Assembly: GCF_964204865.1 (NCBI RefSeq)
Contig: NC_135256.1
Location: forward strand, 7,998,001-8,062,000
Source: Styela clava
Taxonomy: Eukaryota
Reading direction: 5' to 3'
DNA length: 64,000 bases
The stretch's first letter is position 1. Each line of letters begins with the position of its first letter. The translations under genes and the position numbers were made by a program. Positions 47,954-61,460 of this stretch are shown piece after piece. The notes beneath the pieces were generated by a model that searched no databases, was not told the origin of the DNA, and worked only from the letters and a program-made list of their open reading frames with translations.

Positions 47954-50230
47954 TGTGACGACCCTTGTTTTGCCTGTTAAATGACTTCATGTATTATGCT
48001 TCTATATTTGGTATTCTAGGATCCTTGTTTTATTTGTTAAATGACGTCATGTGATATCGTTTCCATATTTGATATTCTAGCAGTTTAGACGCTGCGACAC
48101 GGTCGATCGGTTCTCTGGGGCAGCGGTGTATGCTGTGTGTGACAGAGTGCAGTCGTCTGAGTGTTTCGGTTAAATTGGTGGGTTTTGAATGTTTGTGTGA
48201 ATGCCTCTGGTCTTCAGGGATGTTTGTCTGTGTTGTGTGACTGTCGGATGTTTTGTGCTGGACAGTGGGCTGACGTAGGGACCATGTTATTGTTTTTACC
48301 AGTACAGTGCCATTACAGTTCATTTACCGTAGTGTTGTATTTTCAGTTTTATCGCGGAATTAGCTTTCATCAGTATTGTTCAAATGTTGTGCACCTATAG
48401 AATTGTTCATAGTCTTTTTAAATGCCTGTCATAAGTTACTTTCGGCCTGTTTTGCAAATTGCAGTAGCTAGTTTATTGTACCAGATTCTAGGGGCATTTG
48501 GTTTTTTATTCAGAGTTGTCTTGGATTTCAGGGTTGGTCAGTGTTTTTGTTGTGTACGTGGTCTTTCTTGCATTTTACTGCCTGGTATCTGTTATTTTTA
48601 TTTTATGCTTTTCGTTCCTTTGGGGAGTGTTTGGTTGTTTTGGATCGTCTACTGCAGGGGTTCTCAAACTTTTGGTGTTGCGGAGCCCTTGAAAGGTTGA
48701 ATATTATTCGCGGAGCCCCAAAATAAATGTTAAAATTTTACTTTCAGATTAATATTTCTGAGCAAGTTAAAAGTACTTTACTTATTTTAAATGCTGAACC
48801 CTTTTTAATAGGGTTAACACAAGTCATAGATAAATCTAAATTTCAAACATAATATACTAAAGCTGTAAATTTGACACTTGACCAACATATTGATAAATTA
48901 GGGGGCGAATCTTTTCCTTTTTGACATTGAAAGACTTAAAAGGCCGCTAATAACGTGCGCGATATCATTTTGTTACAATCGCCGATTTTTTTCGTCAGCA
49001 TGGCGTGTTTTTGAACCTTTAAACATCTTTACGCCGGTGTTTATTCTCCCTAAATCAAAAATTTTCCTCGGCATATACATGTATTGTTACACAATGACGA
49101 CGTTAATTGCTTTTTGTTCTCGTGGGGAAGTATGAGTTTAATGTGAAAAACATGTTACCATATTATAGTCATCGGCGATGAAGGCTAAAAATACTAATTA
49201 ATAAAGAGGTAAATCCGCAACTCGAATTTCTTAATTGAAAAACGCCTTCTAAAATATTAAAACTGAAACTTAAAATGGAAGATCACACGTTTCGTTTTCA
49301 GCAGACTCACCTCAGATTGAAAACGCTTTTATAGACATTGTAAATCATAAAATTTGGTGTTATGTTAGGTTTTCATCGTAGTAACTGCGAAATCGAAACA
49401 CAGTCAATTGTGAGCGCGATCCGCGATGTACCTTTTTTCATTCTGAAACTACCGGCAGAGCCGAATGCAATAAAATAAATTTCAATTGTTCGTATTTTGC
49501 CCAAATATTGTGATTTTTTAAACGGCGATATCTTGCTTAAAAATAATCTCAAGTGCAAAAGAACGAATCAAGTTTGACAAATCCCAAGATCACAAAAATA
49601 CGACTCCAATTTATTTATAGTTGGCAGTTTATCACATATTTTATGTCATTTTAGAATAGTATTTTCATTTTAGTAATCTTAATAGTAATCTCGAACCAAA
49701 CGTGAGTAACGATGAGCACAATTACATGATAACAACGAGACACGTTAATTAAATGCTCGCATCGGTCATGGATTGAATATTTTACGCAACAGAAATCTCG
49801 TTATCCGTTTTTTTAATTGCGAAGAATGTTGCGCGGAAATTTCCGATTTCAATTTTGAACCACCTGCCTCTTAAGAATCCTGGCTGCGCTCCTGCTTATA
49901 AATAATGTCATTTTTTAATTCCGCCTCTTTACCATATTTCGAGGCTATATTGTGGTCAGATTTTATCAATGCTGTTATTGCTTCTTCGAACAGTTACAAA
50001 ATTTTTGAGTCAGTATTTTGAAGAGTTCGCGGAGCCCCTGGGTTTCTCTCGCGGAGCCCTGGGGCTCCGTACGGAGCACTTTGAGAACCTATGGTCTACT
50101 GTTCGAGTTGTTAATAAATGACATAAAATAGCATAAAGACTTGGACTATTGAGAGAAAACTTGACGTCAGATCATATTAGAAGATATTCTGAACCTGGAT
50201 AATTATTTCATACATTGCCGGTACGCTACA
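47954..50230 (+). mobile_element. Solo LTR (about 830 bp after removing the nested MITE) with 5-bp TSD
   Basis: Starts TGTGACG and ends CGCTACA; TSD gttac at 47949-47953 and 50231-50235; AATAAA near 50113. Confidence 0.8.
48655..50093. mobile_element. hAT-type MITE nested in the solo LTR
   Basis: TIRs caggggttctcaaa / tttgagaacctatg; TSD gtctactg at 48647-48654 and 50094-50101; gcggagccc subterminal repeats. Confidence 0.93.
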
Positions 50231-50479
50231 GTTACAAATGATAAAATCTTTTCTTTTCAGCTTGTAATTTCGTTATTGTAAAAAATATTTTAAACAAACA
50301 CAAAACATATCTATTTGCTTGTTTTGTTACGAGAAATCAGTGTCAGCGTATTATTTATTAATAGTGGTCCTATTTCAAACGAAATTGAAAACCAACACCC
50401 ATAAATAAGTCGAGTTCTTTTCATTAAATTTTGACCCCCCTCATTTAAAAGACTTGGAAGACTCAAAAAATCCTTAGTA

Positions 50480-51110
50480 CCGTGTGCGAATGCATTTTAC
50501 TATAATCGCCGATATTTTTCGTCAGCGTGGCTTGTTATTTTGGTCGTAGACACCTGGTGTTTATTCTCGCTAAATCACATATTTCCTTCAACATAAGTAT
50601 GTCTTATGTTCATCGGCGGGAATATGCTCAAGTATAACATTCAATTAGTAACGCTAATTTATTGGTTGACAGGCGGCAATATAAAATACTAAAAATAAAA
50701 CCCAAAACAATAGAAGTTTCTTCATAGGAGGCAGGCAACGATTAAAAACGCCTCTTTATCCATTGTGAATCGCAAAAATTCGTGTGTCTATAGCACACAT
50801 TATGCTCAGTCGGCGTTGGAATCCATAGCGTCAATGAAATCGAAATACAGTCAATTGTGCCTGCTGAGAAAGTGGCGTATTCGCGGCGAAGGAACTTCAG
50901 TAGCCTTTCGGAAGGGATTTCCAGGCGATGAATATGTATTTTTGATTCACTAATATATTTCATGTGTATTTTTATTGCCCTAAATTAAATTGTAATTTAT
51001 GTGAATTTATATCAGATCTTTTCTAACGGCGATTCCCGCAAGATCGAAAAAAAGGATCAAAGCTAAATATAATCGGGCAGTTCATCTCATATTTTCATGT
51101 TCACAGATTA
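50480..51110 (+). repeat. Diverged non-coding repeat also present inside the MITE at about 48950-49640
   Basis: Shared blocks such as aatcgccgat..ttttcgtcagc.tggc, ggtgtttattctc.ctaaatca and gaaatcgaaa.acagtcaattgtg. Confidence 0.7.
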
Positions 51111-51384
51111 CCTTGGTAATTTAGACCTTAGAGTAGTAATGTTTTTCTTTTGCCGTAAGAAGAAACAATTGCAAGTTACGTTGAACACAATTAAATTACT
51201 ATAGAAAGACATTTTAGGTTCTCATAATTGTCAGGGAATTGAGGAAAGTCGGCTGCAAAAGTGGGGTCTTTTAACGAGCGCGTAATCGCGACGACTGTCT
51301 CAGAAGGGATTGAATTTTAACCCTGTGTCTAAATCTTAGCTGCGCCCCCAATCGGAGCGATTTTTTATATTTTGAGTTGACGTA

Positions 51385-51658
51385 TCTTATTCAGGATGGT
51401 CTTTATATTCCCCAGAGTGTTCTGTGCAAAAAGCACATACGATTGGAGAAATCATCTTGAAAGCTTTTTGTGATCGATGATTTCTTTTTCCCACTCTATT
51501 TTCGCTCTCTATCACCTCAATACCCCCCCCCCCCCACATACGTTTTCCCCCCTCCCACACCACTCTTTCCCCACCGAAACCCACCTTCTTATTTTTCACG
51601 CCGAACTGAAGCCCAATACAGAGGCGAAGGCGGGGTATAAAAAAGAAAGAGAGAGAGA
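51385..51658 (+). mobile_element. Possible 5'-truncated LINE 3' end with C-rich 3' UTR and A/(GA)n tail
   Basis: C-rich tract, short hairpin, then ggggtataaaaaagaaagagagagagac; no TSD found. Confidence 0.3.
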
Positions 51659-52869
51659 CTTTGCATTTAAATTTAGAGCTATTTATACTTTACCTGACGA
51701 ATTTTTAATATCAGATGTATTGGGGATAAATCTTGTAACCTTGTTTGATAAAGGGGTAAATTATTCAAAAAAGGTTAAGAACCACTGGCCTAAACTGAAG
51801 ATCACCTCCACCATAGGGAATGCACCTTTCCATCTTCCAAAGATCGGTGGCCACTTCCCTCAGGTGACTCCAGAACTCGACTCTCAGGCTGTTTCTTACG
51901 GTCCGGTTTTCTCGGATACTTCTCAAATGTCTTCTGCCTCAGCCTGCCTGGGCACACAGATGCCGAATGGGAACAACACCAAAGTCAAGGACCCCCAGAC
52001 AAATTACCCGATAAGTCAAGTGAACAAGAGGGGTCGGAGCTTGGCAGGTTATTCCCCATCACGGGCCTCGTTAAAACAACCTTCGGCCAAAAAAAGGAAA
52101 ATAAACTGTTCAAGTTTTCCTGAATCCAATAACCGGAAACACAAATGAAAATAATCTCTTTAAATGTTGATGGAATAATGCAACACCTCACAAAACTGAA
52201 TTACACAATAAAGAAATATAAATCGGATAGTATCCTAATACAGGAGTTACACAAATTTCATAAAACCAAACTTTACTCATTATAAACAGGGTTACCATCT
52301 AGCTAGAGTCAAAAATAAGCTCGGGTGTCAAAAGTTTAATTTTTCAAGGAGCGGGGGGAGGGGGGTACCTAATAACGGCAGAAAAAGAATGAAAAATAAA
52401 CCAAATACTAATCTCTCCCGCACTCCAATTTTTTATCCACTCTAAGTTTTTTTCTTTTCTGTGGAAGTTTTATTAGAAGTCGCTTCGAACATGGTTGAAT
52501 GCGAGTCCAAAATCGCAGGAGGCCATGAAAAGGCACAAAGTCATAGACATAAAAACAGGTTGATGGCACTACAAATTGACCATAACTTATGGAATCTAAA
52601 ACAAGAAGACAAAAGCCTAACTGCTCATAAGTTCATCGTTCCTGACAAGTCGTCACTGTACGTGAACTGGGAGCCGATCAAGATGGACGACCATATAATA
52701 ATGGATGACATAACCGACAAACATGGAAAAACGGATTCAATGTGCCTCCTATGTGCTAGTAACGGTTCATGAATATGAACAGAGAGATATAACAATCTCA
52801 TATGTCTTTAAAGAAATGCTTCATTATCTGTGGCCCGAGTCGCATTTGCGCGAGGATACCTAAAAAATC

Positions 52870-55800
52870 GCATTTGGTGTTGTCCCGTCATACAAATACC
52901 CTGAAAAATATTTTGTTATATCACTGAATTGACTAGTGTTATGGCTAGCTGAGGCCACTAGCGAAGTTGAATAATGTGCTTGGCTAATCTAAATTGTTAA
53001 ATGGCCTTTTATTTTTCGTCGGGAATATATGCTAACAAAACTGTCTTCATTGAAAACTAAAATCGAATGAGGAATCTATTAGCCTTGGTTGGCTATGCCT
53101 GATAACCAAATATTAATGAAAATAAAGCTGACCAATTTAAACAGACAATCTAAAACGGGATTTTCCCCTTTCTTCCCATAACGATCTCAGTTATGTGTTT
53201 AAAATCTTCCACTAAATGTAGATATAGTGAGATTTTTGTACGCTTTAGTGAGTCTTTTGGTGGTTTTTGCATGTTTTAGCTTGATAAAGGACAAATAACG
53301 ATCAATGTGTTTGGACAACAAAAGTGTTTGTTTTGTATTGCACTGTTTACCTATTCTTGGCACTATTGTGGCCCGCAAACAATACAAAAATAATTGTGTG
53401 GCCCGCGAGGCCGACAATCTTGGACCACCCTGGTCTAAGATGTCGATGCAGTCTCTGACGCGGTGGAAGCTTTGTATTGCAAGCTATGGGGGACAGTGGC
53501 AAAAACAAACGGGAAAGTGAAAAACTATTTTTATTGACCTTATGGAGACTTACCAAATTTCCCAATCCCACTATCTACCTATTGGCAACCTTGCAACAAA
53601 AGAAGAAATCCAAAACATAATCAAATCGATGCCTAAAAACAAGTCCCCTGGAATGAATGGACTCTCAATTGAATTATATTCAACTTTTTGGAAGATCATC
53701 AAAAAGAAATTCATACAGCCAGCAAACAACATATTGGCGTTTGGGAATTTTCCAAAGAGTTATCAAATCTCAATGTTGATTAAAGAGACTATATTTTGAC
53801 TCAGGTGCCTGATCCAGCTGTTCAATACGTTATCTGCTCGATATGTGCAGGTCAGGTACACAAGGTTATTTGATCTTGCGGATCTCACAAAAAATCCTTC
53901 AACGTCATATTGTTGTCGAAGCTTACTTGGATGCTGTTACGAAATGTCCTCAAATTCAGGAAGATATAGAGAGCCTCAGTGACTTCACAATGGAGGTACT
54001 TAATTGTCAAATCATCCTGGAACAATGGGGATGACCAAATGATCTCAATTTATCCAGCGTCATTCTTGATGTTTTCCGTAAACTACCGATACAACTTGAG
54101 GTCAAATTTCATGACCGGGTGAGTGGAAGATAAAATTCTTATTTCACTACATTTCAAGAGCTAATTTGTTTTCTAGAAGAGAAAATTACTGCTGCAAATG
54201 ACCCAATTTATAGGATAAGTGCAGAAAAACGATTTACCAAACCTAATATAAAACCCAGAAAAGCACAGAGGTATTTTCCACACAAACTTACTCGAATACG
54301 GCCCACTCTTTCAACTTGAAGGTAGAACCAAAATTCATTGCTAATAAACAGAAGTGTGTTTGTGGTTATTTGAATCACTCAATATGAAAATGTGCATTTG
54401 GTGTTGTCCCGTCATACAAATACCCTGAAAAATATTTTGACCAAATGTTATATCACTGAATTGACTAGTGTTATGGCTAGCTGAGGCCACTAGCGAAGTT
54501 GAATAATGTGCTTGGCTAATCTAAATTGTTAAATGGCCTTTTATTTTTCGTCGGGAATATATGCTAACAAAACTGTCTTCATTGAAAACTAAAATCGAAT
54601 GAGGAATCTATTAGCCTTGGTTGGCTATGCCTGATAACCAAATATTAATGAAAATAAAGCTGACCAATTTAAACAGACAATCTAAAACGGGATTTTCCCC
54701 TTTCTTCCCATAACGATCTCAGTTATGTGTTTAAAATCTTCCACTAAATGTAGATATAGTGAGATTTTTGTACGCTTTAGTGAGTCTTTTGGTGGTTTTT
54801 GCATGTTTTAGCTTGATAAAGGACAAATAACGATCAATGTGTTTGGACAACAAAAGTGTTTGTTTTGTATTGCACTGTTTACCTATTCTTGGCACTATTG
54901 TGGCCCGCAAACAATACAAAAATAATTGTGTGGCCCGCGAGGCCGACAATCTTGGACCACCCTGGTCTAAGATGTCGATGCAGTCTCTGACGCGATGGAA
55001 GCTTTGTATTGCAAGCTATGGGGGACAGTGGCAAAAACAAACGGGAAAGTGAAAAACTATTTTTATTGACCTTATGGAGACTTACCAAATTTCCCAATCC
55101 CACTATCTACCTATTGGCAACCTTGCAACAAAAGAAGAAATCCAAAACATAATCAAATCGATGCCTAAAAACAAGTCCCCTGGAATGAATGGACTCTCAA
55201 TTGAATTATATTCAACTTTTTGGAAGATCATCAAAAAGAAATTCATACAGCCAGCAAACAACATATTGGCGTTTGGGAATTTTCCAAAGAGTTATCAAAT
55301 CTCAATGTTGATTAAAGAGACTATATTTTGACTCAGGTGCCTGATCCAGCTGTTCAATACGTTATCTGCTCGATATGTGCAGGTCAGGTACACAAGGGTA
55401 TTTGATCTTGCGGATCTCACAAAAAATCCTTCAACGTCATATTGTTGTCGAAGCTTACTTGGATGCTGTTACGAAATGTCCTCAAATTCAGGAAGATATA
55501 GAGAGCCTCAGTGACTTCACAATGGAGGTACTTAATTGTCAAATCATCCTGGAACAATGGGGATGACCAAATGATCTCAATTTATCCAGCGTCATTCTTG
55601 ATGTTTTCCGTAAACTACCGATACAACTTGAGGTCAAATTTCATGACCGGGTGAGTGGAAGATAAAATTCTTATTTCACTACATTTCAAGAGCTAATTTG
55701 TTTTCTAGAAGAGAAAATTACTGCTGCAAATGACCCAATTTATAGGATAAGTGCAGAAAAACGATTTACCAAACCTAATATAAAACCCAGAAAAGCACAG

Positions 55801-55925
55801 AGGTATTTTCCACACAAACTTACTCGAATACGGCCCACTCTTTCAACTTGAAGGTAGAACCAAAATTCATTGCTAATAAACAGAAGTGTGTTTGTGGTTA
55901 TTTAAATCACTCAATATGAAAATGT
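52870..55925 (+). repeat. Near-identical tandem duplication (1524 + 1532 bp)
   Basis: Copy 1 52870-54393, copy 2 54394-55925; I see one 8-bp indel and three substitutions; ORF translations repeat at an offset of 1532. Confidence 0.97.
53440..53790 (+). pseudogene. Tx1-like RT N-terminal fragment (duplicated at about 54972-55322), preceded by a hAT MITE right end
   Basis: KNKSPGMNGLSIELYSTFW; TIR ttggaccaccctg ends near 53432. Confidence 0.75.
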
Positions 55926-56200
55926 GTTGGTTTTCACGATAAGCCTATTTCAGATAGGTGTATTACTGTTTGTGCCAAGCACAAGGTTTGGAGTCTGCAG
56001 GACGCTCAAGTCGAAAGCTAGAACTCTAGTCCAAATCTCCAACACTAGTGGACCATAAGTTAGTGCTCAACTTGCTAAGTAAAACAGGGTTTGGTGCCGA
56101 AGTAACTAGCACAATTGAAATATACTGTGCTTTTACCCCCAAAATCCCGAGAAAAGAAGGAATTCAGTAAGGATGTCCACTCGGTATACTGCTGCATACC
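55325..56200 (+). pseudogene. BEL/Pao LTR retrotransposon gag fragment (first part also at 53795-54393)
   Basis: Translates ..VFRKLPIQL..TFQELICFLEEKITAANDPIY.. followed by a decayed zinc knuckle, resembling BEL/Pao gag; recognised by eye only. Confidence 0.6.
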
Positions 56201-56580
56201 CTAAATGTGGAGCCCCAGGCATAATCTATCTTATCAAATACAAACATACATGGCATCATTTTGGGTAAAAAAGAACAAAAATTCGAGCAATTCGCGGATG
56301 ATACAAGCTTTTCAATCAAGACACATAACTCCATAAACAACCTATTTCAGAAATTCGAAACCTTCAAACAAGCCACAGGTCAAATACTTTGGAAAGGACA
56401 AAAATTTTATGCCTAAACAGCATCGCCAGACAGAATATAAAGACAACACAATATCAAAAATACATCCGCGACAGCTCAAAAATATTGGGCCTTAATTACG
56501 GGAACGGCGCCTCACAAAATCTGTAATAGGAAAATTGGCAAATACATAGCATTCTCCAAACAGCGGAAACACATGATTTG
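56200..56580 (+). pseudogene. Tx1-like RT fragment (family B-like)
   Basis: YTLNVEP..QFADDTSF..FKQATGQ, colinear with ORF 10467. Confidence 0.75.
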
Positions 56581-59210
56581 TCAAGTACCCGTATATGGGA
56601 ACTATGTCCCAATAAAGATGGACAACCAAGTTCTAAAAGACCACTTCGAGGCACATCATGGAGAAGTTCACCAAGTGGCACACGCTCACAACGGAGACCT
56701 TAAAACAGGGAATAGAAGGCTGATCCAAATGAGAGAATATCTTGACAAATAAGCCAATAAAAAGCTATATCAGAGTACACGGATGTACGCTTTTACGGTA
56801 TCGTCCCTACGTGCTTTCATTGCAATCATTCTAGAACACACCTGTGCATTATGCCCATTAAGACCTAACCAAAACAAAAATCAATCAAAGAATTCGGAAT
56901 CCAAACAGAAAATATCAAACAAACAAATCAATCAAAACAAGTAATTGAAAAACTCAGTCCGCCGGAACCGGAACAACAAACTGATCAAAGCTTAATCGAT
57001 ACCTATACAGACGAGACAGGCAAACAGGATTTGGATAATAGTGACAATTTTGAAAAGAGCTTGCAGGAGTTTCACACCACAACTCCTACTATCTGGGCAG
57101 AAAAGTCAAGCTCTACCACAAGCCAACCCTCGCTCGACACAATCGCAACGATAAGAGTAGACATTCGAACACCAGCAGCAACACATCACTAAACAGACCG
57201 AGGAAATACGTCAGTTTAAATGAACCACTGTCTGTTCTACAAAGCTCGAAATGTCACGAGAGTATGAGCCTTATGAGCGACCGAAAAGAAACCCATTGCA
57301 TATCGTGTTGGACCTGCTGCGACGAGGATGAACTCATCATACTTGAAAGCGATAAATTTAAATTCTGGCAAGCATCAAATTGCGCAAAATGCAAAAAACA
57401 AAGTATTCCGACCAATTGCTGCAATACTATGATACCCTATTTACAGTTTATAAAAGCCGAAACGACATGCCCAAGATGCAAATCCCCTCTACCAAAACAA
57501 TAATCATCATGTCCAGTTCAATTAAAATAATCTCATTAAACGACCGAGGCCTCAAAACCAAAATTAGAAGGGAAAATATATTTCAGTATCTAAATTTCTA
57601 CAGGATCTAGCACAACAACAAAGAAAGGACTAACATATCAAAAAGAATGGACATGACAATCAATTTGGAACTCATAGAACTCAAAGTCAGCAGGAACCGC
57701 CATATTATTTAAAGACAAGGATATACCAATTACGGATTCAAACATGGATAATAAAGGTCGCCAAATTGCAGCCAAAATTCAGATCATTTTTTAGGTTTAG
57801 GCTGTTGATGGGCGCCAGATGCTTCCAGTCACTTCTTTGCTCCCGTTTTTTTATTAAAATTTCTACAGGATCTAGCACAACAACAAAGGAAGAACTAACA
57901 TATCAAAACGAATGGACATGACAATCAATTTGGAACTCATATAACTCAAAGTCAGCAGGAACCGCCATATTTTTTAAAGACAAGGATATACCAATTACGG
58001 ATTCAAACATGGATAATAAAGGTCGCCAAATTGCAGCCAAAATTCGGATCTATAACCAGATTATCAACCTTATTAATATATATGGATGTAACCGCGACAA
58101 CACAGATACTGAACAACGACATAAATTCTTCAACCAACTAAAAGCCAGAAGTCTTACCGATGACACAAGAATACTAGGAGGTGACTTTAATAATACTAAA
58201 AAACCGAAATTAGATAAAATGCTCATTCCCTTAACAATCCCGCCTATCAGAAGTGACGTCATAACTATAAAAAACGTCATCAAAGAACTAAAATTAATAG
58301 ATGGATTCCGTAACAATTACCAACAGCGAGAGGGAATATACTTTTGTTAACCTATTGGGGGCATCAAGAATAGATAGATTTTATATTAGTAAATCTAATA
58401 ATAATTATAGATATCACACAAAACCTGCACATTCACTGATCACGATATAATCATACTAGAGATACCATTTTGCTCTATTCCTCCGTAAACCAAAAAGTTA
58501 CTGGGAAAACAATACAAAGTTTTCTTTGGTATTGGAATTTACGGAAATACTAGAAAATGGATGGCCCTAAATGGAAAACCATAAGAAACCTATATGACCA
58601 GAATATGGCGGAATGGTGGTGCTTCGCCAAAGTAAAACTAAAGTCGTTATCAATGGAATACGCAAAAAGATACCTACATCTACAAAATTAAATAAGCATC
58701 AAAAACAACATACGATTGCCCAAACACCGGAATACAAAAGACGAAAACGTTTAAAAACACTATTCAAAAGTAAAGAAACAACTACGAGAACTGCACCACA
58801 ATTTGAAACAAAACAAATTCAATCCAAAGTACAGGACCTGGAAATCTCAAAAGCTAACATTAATTTTTTTAAAGTAAATTCGGAATCGCATGTCCAACAT
58901 GTCATCTGGGATTCGAACAAAATCGATTTCTAAATAACTGAACCTGAACTGAAAAGCGCTATATTTAGAATGCCCAGAATGAAGACCCCTGGAATAGACG
59001 GAATAAGCATTGAATTCTACCAGATATACTGTGGCTTAATGAAAAACAAACTACTTAAATATATTAACGCGGTATACAAAATACTCCGAATCCAAAAACA
59101 AATAACCTAATTAACCCCTTCAAACTAGATCACGAATCGGAATTTCAACCGCGATATTGCTAAAAGCAAGAAAGAATTAGGCTCTGGGGATTTAATTTCA
59201 ATTGACTTCA
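56580..59210 (+). mobile_element. Tx1-like family A (ORF1 with Cys-rich tail, ORF2 endonuclease, start of RT)
   Basis: Closely parallels 1810-2770; ORF 57264 CISCWTCC..CAKC..CC..CPRC; MSSSIKIISLN; LGGDFN; TPGIDG. Confidence 0.87.
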
Positions 59211-59214
59211 GAAA

Positions 59215-60240
59215 ATGTCACTAATGAAAACATTCTTGACACACCAGACAGAGGCTGCGACATCAGTATCAAATTCAAAAACGTAATCAGCAAAGAACCT
59301 CCGTCGGCATATAAATATTACAAAAGACGACTTAAGTCTTAGATGGATATGTATCCTTCCCAAATGGCGCTAAAGACATAAATCTGGTAAACAGGCTGAA
59401 ATCCCTGTAAATGGACAGACATATATAGAATTTGAAAAACAAGGGCAAGAGGCTCCCGGCGCACCGACTTTACGTAACCGATGAGATTCCGGTATATATT
59501 TATTATGTGCCTATAAAAATGAAAAACGAGGTGTGCTCATAGACTACTTTATCGGAAATCATGACGAGGTCCAATGGTGTTAAGACGGGCACAAGACGCC
59601 TTAGCATAGAGAAGACCTATTTCAGCAACCAGTCAAAAGCTACATCAGAATACAAAACTGTACACTGTATATAAAACCCCCAGGAATAATTCATACGTGT
59701 ATTCACTGAGAAGAAGCAGGACAGATAGCATCGTGCCCTGCCAGACGATCGCAAGTAAGGGCAACGCTCAAAGCCACCGAAACAGCAACAAACAACACGG
59801 CAGCTACACCAGGCAGTAGCCGGAGATTTAATCAAACGTAGAAAACTGAGCCTGATAATAAAAAAAGTAAACATTAACGAAATTAATAACGATATGGAGG
59901 TAAATCAAATGACTAGCATACACGAGGACTCCATTCAACACCGACACTTCGATAGAAATTGAGGTGTGCGACTTGAAAAAAGGGAGAGGCTCCTCGGGTA
60001 ACAAATCCAATCTGGAACGAGCTAGAAAAAAATATGCAAGTCTGACCGACCCGACCCACGCGTTCAAATGACCCAACTGCGAAACGACCGTGTCCCGAGC
60101 AGACGAGCAATGTGACGCATTATGCGTAAACTGCAAAGAAGACTCCCATCTCTTATTTATGGTCTTGTTCTGAGTCTCCGATCTTCTTAAAAAGTCAAAA
60201 CGAAGACGACATTGTGGGAAAAATCTATCTATGACAATCG
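59215..60240 (+). pseudogene. Tx1-like family A ORF1
   Basis: TNENILDTPDRGCDISIKF matches ORF 15016; KTGTRRL; decayed Cys-rich tail. Confidence 0.8.
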
Positions 60241-60249
60241 GACTAGATC

Positions 60250-61460
60250 GTTGCTGACTACGCATTTCGCATGTCAAATAGACATAAAAAAGAACAAGGA
60301 TATAAACACTTGGATTATATAAATAGATTACTCTTCAGTAGTCGCCGGCCCTTTGACATCACTGGAAATAGACCACAATCAGTGGTAGCAAACGTGAGCA
60401 ATCATATTGATGTTAATTCCTTCTCAGACATACTAGAAGCTGTCAAAATTAATTGAAACTTGAACACATCTCCGGGTTGTACGAATTCAGGCCTAGGGCC
60501 TGGGTAGTTTATTTCAAACAAAATGACGTAGTTCCTATGGGAATCTCTGTGAAAGACGAGTTTATAGAGCAAATCAAATATGGCATTAATCATCGAAACA
60601 ACCCGATAAACTACAATCCACAGGTTAAACCACCTTTTATAATTAGCATCAGGGGATACCTGATGAAACAAAACCCCAGACCGTCTCGACTGCTCTAAGT
60701 CTGATTAACAGCGGCAAAACAAAACACATATCCAAAGTCCAAACTCTATTACCGAGGCATTATATATATATACAATGAGTAGCCTACACATCTCAGCCTG
60801 AGTTTGATAAAACGGAATTCCTACCTTTCATAACCATAGATGGGGCGAGATGTAAGACCTATCTCCCATCTGAAATGTACGAGCTGAAATGCCTAAATTG
60901 CCTATTACAGGGGCACGCCACCTAAAACTGTCCAAACCAGGTGAAATGTCACCTGTGGAGTGTGGAAAGAGGAATCACTTCCAATCAAAATGTCCGCAAA
61001 AAAACAAAGAAAAGCACACCAGAAATCCACAAAACCTGGATAAACCAAGCAATAAAAACAAAACCGAATAAAACAAATGATGTAACGAACAAAACCCCAG
61101 ACACCAATGAAACACAAAAACAACAATACAACCATACCGGATCATTTGAAAAACTCCAGAACAAATCTTCAAACTCCGCAGAAACCCCGGCCGTGAGGAG
61201 GTAAACCAAAAATGAAAAACACCTCTACGAGAGGAAATACCCTCAATTCGACCAAAACTGCCAGGCGTAGTTCTTGTGCACGAAGGCTTCCCAGTTCTGG
61301 TGCGAACGACTACGAACTGAGGGACTCCATCTCTTCATCTGTATTCCTCGAGACACCACAGACCAACTCCACGCCAGTATACCTAGAAAATGTTGAACAA
61401 GCCCCCACGGGCTATCTAAGTTCCACTACAAACAATACATCAGACAAACCACACTAACTA
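60250..61460 (+). pseudogene. Tx1-like family B leader remnant and ORF1
   Basis: RPQSVVANVS; GLYEFRPRAW; IDGARCKTYLPSE; zinc knuckles. Confidence 0.8.

Larger units (their letters stand above)
46791..52280 (+). mobile_element. Tx1-like family B element (ORF1 ATG 46917) interrupted at 47758-51787 by nested insertions; resumes near 51800 into ORF2 start
   Basis: MDYSAAV..RPLSVVAEL; CINCLESGHSARNC; 51800-52148 homologous to 43330-43700; MKIISLNVDG at 52145. Confidence 0.82.
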
